Shown: positions 1 to 8,965 of the stretch, in pieces
Numbering within the stretch: position 1 is the first letter of the stretch
How the letters are laid out: each line of letters begins with the position of its first letter
Assembly (NCBI GenBank): GCA_002346225.1
Contig: DDYY01000055.1
Span: forward strand, 20,986-84,985
DNA: 64,000 bases
Source: Bacteroidetes bacterium UBA3022
GTDB taxonomy: Bacteria > Bacteroidota > Bacteroidia > Chitinophagales > BACL12
Direction: 5' to 3'
Program-made: the position numbers and the translations under genes
The notes under the pieces: generated by a model
The model's database searches: none
What the model saw: the letters and a program-made list of their open reading frames with translations, nothing else
Told to the model about the DNA's origin: nothing

Positions 1-1446
1 GAACAGGTGGAACTGGGTTCACATCCGCTGCTGAGCAGGGAAGTTGCCCTGGAAGCCGTAGACGCTGCCTATGCTGCCTTCGGACAAGGGCGAGGCTTAT
101 GGCCCAACCTTTCGGTGAAAAAGCGGGTAGAAAGCATGCACAAGTTTGTGCTGGGCATGGAAAAGAAACGAGAGCCCATTGTCAAGCTGCTGATGTGGGA
201 GATAGGAAAAACACGCACCGACGCCGAAAAAGAGTTCGACCGGACCATCCAGTACATCTACGATGTGATGGAGGAGCTCAAGGACCTGAACCGCGAAAAC
301 GCACAGCTGCAGAAAGAAGACAGCATCTACGCGCAAATCCGCCGCAGTCCCCTGGGCGTTGCCTTATGTATGGGTCCCTACAATTATCCGCTGAATGAAA
401 CCTTTGCCACCCTCATCCCCGCCATCATCATGGGCAACACGGTGGTGTTTAAACCGGCAAAATTTGGCGTTTTACTCATTCAGCCGCTGCTGGAACTATT
501 CAGAGAACATTTTCCCAAGGGTGTGGTAAATGTTATTTACGGAGAGGGTCGGGAAATCATAGGGCCCATCATGGAAACAGGAAAAATTGATGTGTTTGCC
601 TTTATCGGCACCAGCAAGGCGGCTAATATCATCAAGAAACAACATCCCAAACCCAATCGCCTAAAATCGGTGCTGGGCCTCGAAGCCAAGAACCCGGCTA
701 TTGTATTGCCTGATGCAGACCTCGACAATGCGGTGTCGGAATGCATCAGCGGCAGCATGTCGTACAACGGACAACGCTGCACCGCGCTGAAGATATTGTT
801 TGTACATGAAAGCATTGTACAAACATTTATAGATAAATTCCTGGTGGAACTGGCAGCACTGCAACCCGGTATGCCCTGGGAAGCGGGTGTGGGAATCACG
901 CCCCTGCCCGAGCGTGACAAGCCCGCCTTCCTGCAGGAACTGATACAGGATGCCGTTGCAAAAGGAGCTGCCATTTTGAATGAACATGGCGGCGACCGCA
1001 CGGAAAGCTACATCCATCCGGCGGTGTTGTATCCCGTAAGTGAAGGCATGCGTTTGTGGGACGAAGAGCAGTTCGGGCCAGTCATTCCCATTGTGACATT
1101 CAGGCATGTATCAGAGCCCCTGGAGTACCTGGAAAAATCGAATTACGGACAACAGGTCAGTATTTTTGGTAAAGACCCGAACCGCCTGGTGGAGCTGATA
1201 GACCCCTTGGTGAATCTGGTGTGTCGCGTGAACCTGAACAGCCAGTGCCAGCGCGGACCGGATGTATATCCTTTCAACGGACGTAAAGACTCTGCTGTTG
1301 CTACCTTGAGTGTGCACGATGCCCTGCGGGTATTCAGCATCCGCACCACAGTAGCATTCAAAGACCTGCCTATGAACAAGCAAATTGTCAGTGGCATCCT
1401 CGAAGGCAGGAAGTCTAACTTCGTGAGTACGGATTATATCTTGTAA
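1..1446 (+). CDS. Aldehyde dehydrogenase superfamily protein, GapN-like (non-phosphorylating NADP-dependent glyceraldehyde-3-phosphate dehydrogenase-like); N-terminus runs off the window
   Basis: ORF 7..1446 is open to the window edge. ALDH signatures are visible: catalytic Cys in [10 protein letters not shown], Glu in [22 protein letters not shown], and [10 protein letters not shown] near the C-terminus. Confidence 0.85.
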   Translation, partial: EQVELGSHPLLSREVALEAVDAAYAAFGQGRGLWPNLSVKKRVESMHKFVLGMEKKREPIVKLLMWEIGKTRTDAEKEFDRTIQYIYDVMEELKDLNRENAQLQKEDSIYAQIRRSPLGVALCMGPYNYPLNETFATLIPAIIMGNTVVFKPAKFGVLLIQPLLELFREHFPKGVVNVIYGEGREIIGPIMETGKIDVFAFIGTSKAANIIKKQHPKPNRLKSVLGLEAKNPAIVLPDADLDNAVSECISGSMSYNGQRCTALKILFVHESIVQTFIDKFLVELAALQPGMPWEAGVGITPLPERDKPAFLQELIQDAVAKGAAILNEHGGDRTESYIHPAVLYPVSEGMRLWDEEQFGPVIPIVTFRHVSEPLEYLEKSNYGQQVSIFGKDPNRLVELIDPLVNLVCRVNLNSQCQRGPDVYPFNGRKDSAVATLSVHDALRVFSIRTTVAFKDLPMNKQIVSGILEGRKSNFVSTDYIL

Positions 1447-1498
1447 GTTGTAGGTTATAGGTGGTAGGTTGTAAGTAGTGTGCCAAAAACCAACAGCC
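1444..1498 (+). repeat. Direct repeat copy 1 (55 nt), begins in the ALDH stop codon
   Basis: TAAGTTGTAGGTTATAGGTGGTAGGTTGTAAGTAGTGTGCCAAAAACCAACAGCC matches 1736..1790 at 52/55 positions, with a 292-bp period. Confidence 0.9.
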
Positions 1499-1499
1499 T

Positions 1500-1562
1500 G
1501 CCCCGATAGCTATCGGGGCCAGCTCCGATGATTTTCGGGACCTACCCCGATGGTTATCGGAG
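1500..1562. repeat. Three tandem ~22-bp hairpin units of CCGAT-N-ATCGG type
   Basis: GCCCCGATAGCTATCGGGGC is a perfect 20-nt palindrome at 1500..1519. It is followed by CTCCGATGATTTTCGGGAC and CCCCGATGGTTATCGGAG. Confidence 0.8.
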
Positions 1563-1735
1563 TATGTTCATCATAGAGCGAACCAGTTAGGTGCATGCTA
1601 CTTCATGTATAACGCAGCGACCGCTGCGCATCCTCTGAGACCGCTGCGTTGAAATCTTATTCGAATTAAAATCATCAGCGTTATCGTCAACGTCAATGAC
1701 GCTTCCGTATCCTGTAACACCGGCGGGACGCTATA

Positions 1736-1790
1736 TAGGTTGTAGGTTACAGGTGGTAGGTTGTAAGTAGTGTGCCAAAGACCAACAGCC
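1736..1790 (+). repeat. Direct repeat copy 2 (55 nt)
   Basis: Matches 1444..1498 with 3 mismatches. The flanks outside the 55 nt do not match. Confidence 0.9.
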
Positions 1791-1837
1791 AACGGCTAAA
1801 TGCTAATGCCTAACAGCCATTCCTCCACCTTTCGCCC

Positions 1838-1845
1838 TATATTTG
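1838..1845 (+). promoter_or_regulatory. Candidate Bacteroidota -7 promoter element (TAnnTTTG) for malQ
   Basis: TATATTTG lies 33 nt upstream of the malQ ATG. It fits the published Bacteroidetes sigma-A -7 consensus TAnnTTTG. No experimental support. Confidence 0.3.
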
Positions 1846-1877
1846 CAACAGTTTTTACACTGTATTAATAGCATATT

Positions 1878-3365
1878 ATGATTTCTGAAAGAGCCAGCGG
1901 CATCCTGCTACATCCCACCTCCTTACCCGGCAAGCACGGCATCGGCTCGCTGGGAAAAGCAGCCTTCGATTTTGTAGACTTTCTGGTGAAAGCCAAGCAA
2001 CGCTATTGGCAGATTCTGCCCCTCGGACCTACCGGATACGGCGATTCACCTTACCAGTGTTTCAGCTCTAAAGCAGGGAATCCCTACCTCATAGACCTGG
2101 ACTTACTGGTAGAACAAGGGCTGCTGGAAGCAGATGACCTACCGGTGAGCGGCTCGCTGGGCATGACCAAAATCGATTACGGCAAGGTGATTGACGCCAA
2201 GCTGGAACTGCTGCAAAAGGCGGAAAAGAACTTCCGCGCCCGTGGCTCTTACGAAAGCAAAGAAAAATACCACCAGTTCCTGGAACTGAACCGCTATTGG
2301 CTGGATCCCTACGCCCTGTTTATGGCGCTGAAAGAAAAATTCAATAAGCGCCCCTGGTACGAATGGGACTACGATTACAAGATGCACCACGAATCGGTGC
2401 TGGGGCCTGCCAGGGAAGAACTGGCTGCCACCATCGATTTCCATCGCTACCTGCAGTTCGAATTTTTCAACCAGTGGATGGCAGTGAAGGAATATGCCAA
2501 CAACCATGGCGTGTTGATAATTGGTGATATTCCTATCTACGTAGCCATGGACAGCGCCGATACCTGGGCAAATACGGGTTTGTTTCAGTTCGATGAGCAG
2601 AAAAATCCGATTGCGGTTGGGGGTGTTCCGCCCGACTATTTCAGTAAGACAGGTCAGCTGTGGGGTAACCCGTTGTTCAACTGGGAGCCCATGATCCACG
2701 ATGATTTCGGCTGGTGGCGCGACCGTATCCGCACCAGTCTCATACTGTTCGATCTGGTGCGCATCGATCACTTCCGCGGCTTTGCCGGCTACTGGGCTGT
2801 TCCCGCAGGGGAAGAAACTGCCATCAATGGCGCCTGGAAAGATGCACCCGGCATGGCATTGTTCGAAAGCATCCGCCGACACATGGGCGAGCTTCCCATC
2901 ATCGCCGAAGACCTGGGTGTTATTACGCCTGATGTGGCTGCTTTGCGCGACAGCTTTCAGTTACCGGGCATGAAAATTCTGCAGTTCGCCTTCGACTCAG
3001 CAGAAGAAAACGATTTCATTCCCCATACCTATCATAAGAATTGCCTGGTATACACCGGCTCCCACGATAACGACACCACCAAGGGCTGGTACAAGTCAGC
3101 GAAACCCGCCGACAAAAAATACTGCCTGGCCTACACCAAAGGAACAGCCAGAACCATCCACTGGGACTTGATACGCACGGCATGGTCGTCGGTTGCCAAC
3201 ACGGCCATCGCACCCATGCAGGATGTATTGGGATTGCCCACAGATGCGCGGATGAACCTTCCGGGCAATGCGGCCGGAAACTGGCAGTGGCGATTAAAAG
3301 CAGAAGCGCTGACCGACGATCTGGCGGAAAAACTGGCTGCACTGACCCGCTTATACGGCAGATGA
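1878..3365 (+). CDS. malQ: 4-alpha-glucanotransferase (amylomaltase, GH77)
   Basis: 495 aa. N-terminus RASGILLHPTSLPGKHGIGSLG, plus YGDSPYQCFS, VRIDHFRGF, IIAEDLG and YTGSHDNDT are typical GH77 blocks. Confidence 0.93.
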   Translation: MISERASGILLHPTSLPGKHGIGSLGKAAFDFVDFLVKAKQRYWQILPLGPTGYGDSPYQCFSSKAGNPYLIDLDLLVEQGLLEADDLPVSGSLGMTKIDYGKVIDAKLELLQKAEKNFRARGSYESKEKYHQFLELNRYWLDPYALFMALKEKFNKRPWYEWDYDYKMHHESVLGPAREELAATIDFHRYLQFEFFNQWMAVKEYANNHGVLIIGDIPIYVAMDSADTWANTGLFQFDEQKNPIAVGGVPPDYFSKTGQLWGNPLFNWEPMIHDDFGWWRDRIRTSLILFDLVRIDHFRGFAGYWAVPAGEETAINGAWKDAPGMALFESIRRHMGELPIIAEDLGVITPDVAALRDSFQLPGMKILQFAFDSAEENDFIPHTYHKNCLVYTGSHDNDTTKGWYKSAKPADKKYCLAYTKGTARTIHWDLIRTAWSSVANTAIAPMQDVLGLPTDARMNLPGNAAGNWQWRLKAEALTDDLAEKLAALTRLYGR

Positions 3366-3369
3366 TATA

Positions 3370-3398
3370 AACCCGGGAATTAGCATCCGGGGTTTTTT
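3370..3398 (+). terminator. Rho-independent terminator after malQ
   Basis: AACCCGGG..CCGGGGTT hairpin followed by TTTTTT, 5 nt after the malQ stop. Confidence 0.6.
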
Positions 3399-3443
3399 CC
3401 GTTTTAGCTCAGGGTTTAAACCCGAGGCTACAAAGGAAAAAAA

Positions 3444-4901
3444 TCAATGCCCGCCCTTAGGCTGGGTAATATCCAATGCGCCTTCTTCCGGTTTTTGCTC
3501 TCTTACCATGCTCCACGCCAGGGCGCTGATGCCGAGACAGATTGCGCAAATGAGAAAGGTGAGGGTCTTGTCTTCCGCGCCACTTAAAAACTCCCCCACA
3601 CCCAGACTGGCCACCAGTTGCGGCAGCACTACCGATAAATTGAAAAGGCCCATGAAAAGACCCATTTTCTTCTTATCCACTTTTTGCGACATGATGGCAA
3701 AGGGTAAGCTTACCGTCGCTGCCCAGCCGATGCCCAGCACAGCCATGAATATGTAGATGATGAGGGGCGTAGATCCCAGCAGCCAGAGTCCTGCATATCC
3801 TACAGCCATAATGGCGATGCAATACATGTGGGTACGCACCCTTCCCGCCTTCCGGGTAATGGGCTCCAGGATAAATGCCGGCAATATGGCCGCCACACCG
3901 TTGAGGATCAAAAACGACACATCGATTACACTGCCTGCCTGCTCGTTGTTCATTTCGGGCAGGCGGTATTGCAAGAAGGAAAACATATAAATGAACATGG
4001 TCTGCACACCTATCCAGGTGAAGCTATGCGCCGCCAGTACTTTTTTAAAGCCTATCAAACTCGCCTGCGAAGCTGATTTACCCGCCTCCTTTTGCAGGAG
4101 CGATTCAATGATCAGCACCACCGTGAGCACGCCGCAGAAAATCTCCATGTAATGGTGCCTTATCTCAATCTCCAGCAAACGCACCGGTATGCGATACGCC
4201 GCGTAAATCAGGAAACCCCAAAGCGGACGAATGGCCAGCAGTCCTTCCATAAATCCGTTGCCGCCCGATGGCTTTTTCTCTTCTTCAAAATCTTTGGGTT
4301 CTTCAATGAAGAAGGGGGGAATCAGGGTAAAGAACAATACCAGTCCGGCTCCAAAGTATATGAGGAAATACTTTCCTGCTATGGCACCAATCACATAGGC
4401 CATCATGCCAAAGGTGCCGGAGATGGTCTGCATCCAGGTATATCCCTTGGTGCGCTCCACTCCTTCGGGAGTGACGTCTGCAATGACGGAACGGGTGGGA
4501 TTAAAACCCACATTGATGGAAAGATCCAGGGCCAGCGCCACAACTATGGCTACCCCCAGAATAGCATCGAGCCCCAGCTTATCGGAAAGGATGCCGAGGT
4601 TAGGCAACGCGAGCAAACTCAGTGCTGCCAGGAAACCTCCTAAGATGATAAAGGGTCGGCGCCGTCCTCCCCAGAACCAGGTATTGTCGCTCAACACGCC
4701 AAAAATCACCTGACCGAAAATGCCTGCAATCGGACCCGCTGCCCATACCAGTCCTACTTCCTCAATCGATAGTCCGTATTTGGTACTCAGTAGCCAGCTC
4801 AGGGCAGATATCTGCACACTCAGTGCAAAGCCCATGGCGGTGGCAGGAAGCGCCAGCATGGCATAAAAAGCATTCGTCAACTGCTGTTGAAATGGTCGCA
4901 T
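3444..4901 (-). CDS. MFS sugar transporter, SLC45/GPH-like (probable maltose/maltodextrin importer)
   Basis: 485 aa with about 12 hydrophobic segments. It has the signature LSDNTWFWGGRRRPFIILG shared with sucrose/H+ symporter-like MFS proteins. It is a paralog of the divergent neighbour and sits next to malQ. Confidence 0.8.
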   Translation of the reverse strand: MRPFQQQLTNAFYAMLALPATAMGFALSVQISALSWLLSTKYGLSIEEVGLVWAAGPIAGIFGQVIFGVLSDNTWFWGGRRRPFIILGGFLAALSLLALPNLGILSDKLGLDAILGVAIVVALALDLSINVGFNPTRSVIADVTPEGVERTKGYTWMQTISGTFGMMAYVIGAIAGKYFLIYFGAGLVLFFTLIPPFFIEEPKDFEEEKKPSGGNGFMEGLLAIRPLWGFLIYAAYRIPVRLLEIEIRHHYMEIFCGVLTVVLIIESLLQKEAGKSASQASLIGFKKVLAAHSFTWIGVQTMFIYMFSFLQYRLPEMNNEQAGSVIDVSFLILNGVAAILPAFILEPITRKAGRVRTHMYCIAIMAVGYAGLWLLGSTPLIIYIFMAVLGIGWAATVSLPFAIMSQKVDKKKMGLFMGLFNLSVVLPQLVASLGVGEFLSGAEDKTLTFLICAICLGISALAWSMVREQKPEEGALDITQPKGGH

Positions 4902-4942
4902 TCGGTTCTTTATTATCCGGTTGCCCGGGGTGATTGGAGCAG

Positions 4943-4963
4943 GAAAATGCGCACTGCATTTTC
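4943..4963. promoter_or_regulatory. Inverted repeat in the divergent MFS promoter region (candidate operator)
   Basis: GAAAATGC-gcact-GCATTTTC has perfect 8-bp arms. It lies 42 nt upstream of the minus-strand MFS start and 65 nt upstream of the plus-strand MFS start. Confidence 0.3.
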
Positions 4964-5027
4964 TTTAGAGCGTCGAAATTTAACGAGGTGTGATTAAATA
5001 TTTAAATTTCCGTCGAAAAAAAACGAG

Positions 5028-6536
5028 ATGCAGCAGAAACCCCGCTTGAATTTTTGGCAGATATGGAATATGAGTTTCGGCTTTCTGGGTATTCAGTTCG
5101 GTTTCGCCCTGCAGAATGCCAATACCAGTCGCATCTTCCAGACCTTAGGCGCCGAAACCAACGAACTGGCTATCTTATGGCTGGCAGCTCCCGTTACCGG
5201 TCTGTTGGTGCAACCCATTGTGGGTTTCTATAGCGACCGTACCTGGCATCCGAGATGGGGTCGCCGCCGTCCCTATTTTGCCATCGGTGCGGTACTCGCA
5301 TCTGCTGCGCTCATCCTTATGCCCAACAGCTATATGTTGTGGATGGCTGCCGGTATGCTGTGGATCATGGATGCCTCCATCAACATCAGCATGGAGCCCT
5401 TCCGCGCCTTTGTGGGCGATATGCTGCCCGCCGACCAGCGCACGGCAGGTTTCGCCATGCAGAGCTTCTTTATCGGCATAGGTGCCGTGATTGCTTCGGC
5501 ACTGCCCTGGATTTTCACCAATGTGTTCGGCATGGATAATACCGCACCGGAAGGTGTTATTCCGCAAACAGTAAAATGGTCGTACTACCTGGGTGCCTTT
5601 GCCTTCCTGGGTGCTGTCATGTGGACCGTTTTCAAAACAAAGGAATATCCGCCCGATGCAGCCGAACAGGCCGCCACCGATTTTAAAACAGCGCCGCTGA
5701 ATATTCGCTACTCACCACGATTTTATATCAGCATAGGTGCCGTATTTACAGCACTCGCCATAGCTGTTGCAGCCTTCGTCAATATCCGTCAATTAGAAAA
5801 AGAACTATATGTTCTGGGTGGCATCCTTGCCCTCTTTGGGCTGGCCTACCTCGTCGCCGGTCTGCTCATGAGCCGCAATATCTACCGCATCGGTTTTGTG
5901 CAGATTGTCCGCGACTTCCAGAACATGCCCAAAACCATGATACAGCTGGCATTCGTGCAGTTCTTCAGCTGGTTTGCGCTCTTCGCCATGTGGATTTATT
6001 CTACTGCCGCCGTTACCTCCCATATTTATGGTAGCTCCGATACTACCGGAAAACTGTACAACGACGGCGCCGACTGGGTTACCGTACTGTTTGCCGTGTA
6101 CAATGGTGTGGCAGCCCTGGTGGCCTTCCTGTTGCCCGTACTGGCGCGCTATACCGGAAGGCGGGTGGCGCATCTGCTCGCACTGACATTGGGTGGCATC
6201 GGACTTATATCTTTTTATTTTATAAAAGATCCCCAAATGCTCGTACTGTCTATGGTGGGTGTAGGTATTGCCTGGGCCAGCATCCTGTCTATTCCCTACG
6301 CTATGCTGTCAACCAGTATTCCCCAGCAGAAAATGGGCTATTATATGGGTATCTTCAATTTCTTCATTGTAATACCCCAAATAGTAGCCGCCAGTATTCT
6401 GGGTTTTGTACTGTCCCGCGTTTTTGAAGGTGAAAGTATCTATGCCCTCATCATTGGCGGTGCAGCTATGATTCTGGCAGGCCTGCTCAGTCTGCTGGTC
6501 AACGATCGCGATGAGGTCGTCTTGCCTGCTGAATAA
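5028..6536 (+). CDS. MFS sugar transporter, SLC45/GPH-like (paralog of 3444..4901)
   Basis: 502 aa polytopic membrane protein. The motif YSDRTWHPRWGRRRPYFAIGA is equivalent to that of the divergent paralog. Confidence 0.8.
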   Translation: MQQKPRLNFWQIWNMSFGFLGIQFGFALQNANTSRIFQTLGAETNELAILWLAAPVTGLLVQPIVGFYSDRTWHPRWGRRRPYFAIGAVLASAALILMPNSYMLWMAAGMLWIMDASINISMEPFRAFVGDMLPADQRTAGFAMQSFFIGIGAVIASALPWIFTNVFGMDNTAPEGVIPQTVKWSYYLGAFAFLGAVMWTVFKTKEYPPDAAEQAATDFKTAPLNIRYSPRFYISIGAVFTALAIAVAAFVNIRQLEKELYVLGGILALFGLAYLVAGLLMSRNIYRIGFVQIVRDFQNMPKTMIQLAFVQFFSWFALFAMWIYSTAAVTSHIYGSSDTTGKLYNDGADWVTVLFAVYNGVAALVAFLLPVLARYTGRRVAHLLALTLGGIGLISFYFIKDPQMLVLSMVGVGIAWASILSIPYAMLSTSIPQQKMGYYMGIFNFFIVIPQIVAASILGFVLSRVFEGESIYALIIGGAAMILAGLLSLLVNDRDEVVLPAE

Positions 6537-7121
6537 TCAGGGGCGTGCATAGCGCTTGCCGCGCGTGTACATCAGGCCAAGGTGGACAAACAGTCCAGAA
6601 TACGATTGCAGACTGCCGAACGGCGCATAGGCTTTGCAATAGTTGAAACGATAAGAGAGCGATCCCGCCAGCATAAACTCGGACGTCAGCTTGCGCGCAG
6701 CTACCAATGCCGGTTCTATTCCCCAGCCGTACAACCAGGTATCGCCTGCAGGAATAGCCATATGAAAAGAATTAACATCTGTACTGATGAACCACGGAAT
6801 ATTGCGATAGGTCACCTGAGCAGCACTTGATGCCTTCAAAAATCCGGACGGCATCACCCACACCAAAGATAATCCTCCCTGTGCCGCAGGTCGCTCGGCC
6901 CAGCCATCGCTGCCGTACTCCACACCCAGATTGTACTGCAACCATCCGCCACGCACATTACCCGATACCGTCACCCGTCCCAGGTACGCCGCCTCAGGAT
7001 CTACCTCTAATGCACCGTTGCGGGTAATTCCCACGCCATAGCCGCCCACAGCAGTGTAAGTAAGCTGTGCCTGTGTGCAAAGCGGCACAGATAAAAGCAG
7101 GAAAAATAGATAGTTGCGCAT
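6537..7121 (-). CDS. Hypothetical secreted protein, probable outer-membrane beta-barrel
   Basis: I chose the internal ATG at 7121 (MRNYLFFLLLSVPLCTQAQ signal peptide). The rest shows alternating aromatic/Gly-rich beta-strand-like sequence. The upstream 41 codons of the tracked ORF are Arg/Pro-rich and look non-coding. Confidence 0.55.
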   Translation of the reverse strand: MRNYLFFLLLSVPLCTQAQLTYTAVGGYGVGITRNGALEVDPEAAYLGRVTVSGNVRGGWLQYNLGVEYGSDGWAERPAAQGGLSLVWVMPSGFLKASSAAQVTYRNIPWFISTDVNSFHMAIPAGDTWLYGWGIEPALVAARKLTSEFMLAGSLSYRFNYCKAYAPFGSLQSYSGLFVHLGLMYTRGKRYARP

Positions 7122-7310
7122 GCCTGCAAGATAACGCGTCCCGGTGAAAAGATGTTGTATGCCCGGGCGTATCCCCTTCCTGCGGAGCGGGGTCGGGCTG
7201 CTCCGGGGTACCGTGCTGCGCACCGGCTCCGCCGCCCTGCACATCCCTTACGCAGCACCCGCGCAGTGGCATGCAACACGCAGCAGTGTGCTACCCGCAC
7301 AGTGGGGCAT

Positions 7311-7341
7311 AAAAAAAACGGTCATCTGTGCAGATGACCGT
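7311..7341 (-). terminator. Rho-independent terminator after the YceI gene
   Basis: On the minus strand, ACGGTCATCTGCACAGATGACCGT (10-11 bp stem) is followed by TTTTTTTT, 25 nt after the stop. Confidence 0.8.
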
Positions 7342-7365
7342 TGTATAACTAAAAATGAAAAGGAA

Positions 7366-7917
7366 TTAAGCCTGCTCCATTAATTGCACTTCGCAGTTAA
7401 TGCGCACGTCTTCGGCTACCAGTACACCACCTGCTTCCAGTGCAGCGTTCCAGTTCAATCCCCACTCTTTGCGGTTGATTTTTCCGGAGATGGTAAAACC
7501 GGCTTTGTTATTGCCCCATGGATCTTTACCAAATCCACCGATCTCCACGTTGAATGTTACGGGCTTTTCAGTTCCGCGAATGGCCAGGTTACCGGTCATT
7601 TTGTATTGCTCATCGCTCACGCGCTCAATGCTGGTAGAGGTGAATACCATTTCAGGGTAGTTGTCAGCATCAAAGAAATCGGCACTGCGCAAATGGTTGT
7701 CGCGGTCAGTATTACCGGTATTCACCGTAGCTGTCTTAGCGCTGAATTTCACATTAGACTGGGTAAAGTCATCCTGGTTGATATCTGCATCTACACTGTA
7801 TTCGTCAAAAGAACCGGATACATTGCTAACCATCATGTGTTTTACCTTGAAGGTAATTTCGGAATGCGCAGCGTCTAAAACCCATTTAGTCGCTGTTGCT
7901 GTTTGTGTTGAACTCAT
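7366..7917 (-). CDS. YceI family polyisoprenoid-binding protein
   Basis: 183 aa. W.LD..HS.I.F.V.H...S.V.G.F and the TGNTDRDNHLRSADFFD block are typical of the YceI-like domain. Confidence 0.88.
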   Translation of the reverse strand: MSSTQTATATKWVLDAAHSEITFKVKHMMVSNVSGSFDEYSVDADINQDDFTQSNVKFSAKTATVNTGNTDRDNHLRSADFFDADNYPEMVFTSTSIERVSDEQYKMTGNLAIRGTEKPVTFNVEIGGFGKDPWGNNKAGFTISGKINRKEWGLNWNAALEAGGVLVAEDVRINCEVQLMEQA

Positions 7918-7942
7918 CTTGTTTGTTTTAATTTGTTTTAAT

Positions 7943-8803
7943 TTATATAGTCATGGGAATATCCATCAAAAGAATCACTGCATCCGCACTGTTGGCTGAT
8001 AGTGCAATGCTGTCTGCATCTGTTATACCGGCAGCATCGCGGGCCTCGAGCACTTGTCCGTTCACCGTAAAACTGCCCTTGATAACAAAAGCATATACGC
8101 CGTTTCCTGCTCTCTTACTGCTGTAGGTAGTGCCTTTACCTTGCTCAAAACGGCCCATATGAAACCACGCATCCTGGTGTATCCACACACCTTCATCATC
8201 CGCCGAAGGCGACAGTATTTGCTGCAGCTTGTTGTTCCGCTCTTCCGGGTTCAGTGAAATCTGATCGTACCGGGGCGTTACACCTTTCTTATTGGGGAAC
8301 AACCAGATTTGCAGGAATTTCACTTCCTTATCCTTGTTCTTGTTGTACTCACTGTGGCGGATGCCTGTTCCTGCACTCATAACCTGAATGTCTCCCTGGC
8401 GAATCACCGTGGTATTACCCATGCTGTCCTTGTGTTCCAGATCTCCATCCAGTGGAATGCTGATGATTTCCATATTGTCGTGCGGGTGGGTACCAAAACC
8501 CATTCCCGGCGCAACGGTATCATCATTCAATACCCTTAATACACCGAAGTGCATTTTATCGGGATTGTAATAGGAGGCAAAGCTGAAACTGTGGTAACTG
8601 TTCAACCAGCCATGGTTGGCATGACCGCGCTCGCCCGCCTTGTGTAATATGATATTGCCCATAGTAATTCCTTTTTTTTCGGGAAGATGATTGAATCCAA
8701 CAATAGCCGCCGATTCCTTGCTACCGGAATCAGCTACCACTTTTCCGGCAGCTATTACGCCGGCTCCTACGATGGCCTTCTTTATCATATTTCTTCTGTC
8801 CAT
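7943..8803 (-). CDS. Pirin family protein with a Tat-like N-terminal signal
   Basis: Pirin cupin blocks GFGTHPHDNMEIISIPLDGDLEHKDS and MSAGTGIRHSEYN. The ATG at 8803 gives MDRRNMIKKAIVGAGVIAAGKVVA (RRxhhK plus an h-region). The tracked ORF start at 8830 is a TTG. Confidence 0.85.
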   Translation of the reverse strand: MDRRNMIKKAIVGAGVIAAGKVVADSGSKESAAIVGFNHLPEKKGITMGNIILHKAGERGHANHGWLNSYHSFSFASYYNPDKMHFGVLRVLNDDTVAPGMGFGTHPHDNMEIISIPLDGDLEHKDSMGNTTVIRQGDIQVMSAGTGIRHSEYNKNKDKEVKFLQIWLFPNKKGVTPRYDQISLNPEERNNKLQQILSPSADDEGVWIHQDAWFHMGRFEQGKGTTYSSKRAGNGVYAFVIKGSFTVNGQVLEARDAAGITDADSIALSANSADAVILLMDIPMTI

Positions 8804-8857
8804 AGTAATTTGTTGAATACTTAAGGGCAAAATTAGTGGTACGAAAAAGGCTGCGCA

Positions 8858-8871
8858 TTGAACTAGTTCAA
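8858..8871. promoter_or_regulatory. Perfect 14-bp palindrome TTGAACTAGTTCAA (candidate Crp/Fnr-type operator)
   Basis: TTGAA-N4-TTCAA resembles the FNR-type site TTGAT-N4-ATCAA. It lies 55-68 nt upstream of the pirin start and directly downstream of the Crp/Fnr regulator gene. Confidence 0.4.
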
Positions 8872-8965
8872 GAAGTTGCCATAACTTTTTTCGAACAACC
8901 CCCTTAACAACGTTTAGTAGAAAATTGTTGAGTGGCTTTCGAAAAACTGTTATAAAAACAGGTAA

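Noticed and set aside
3401-3425. Palindrome GGGTTTAAACCC downstream of the minus-strand MFS gene as its terminator
   Set aside because: It is a perfect 12-bp palindrome but lacks a following T-run on the minus strand. It could be a weak or Rho-dependent stop, so it is not called.
6537-7244. Long N-terminal extensions of tracked ORFs (6537..7244, 8966..9703, 9559..11442, 22048..25056, 45865..47265)
   Set aside because: In each case an internal ATG yields a canonical N-terminus: a signal peptide for 7121, 11391 and 25017, and family-typical starts for 9556 and 45991. The upstream codons overlap neighbouring genes or are compositionally non-coding.
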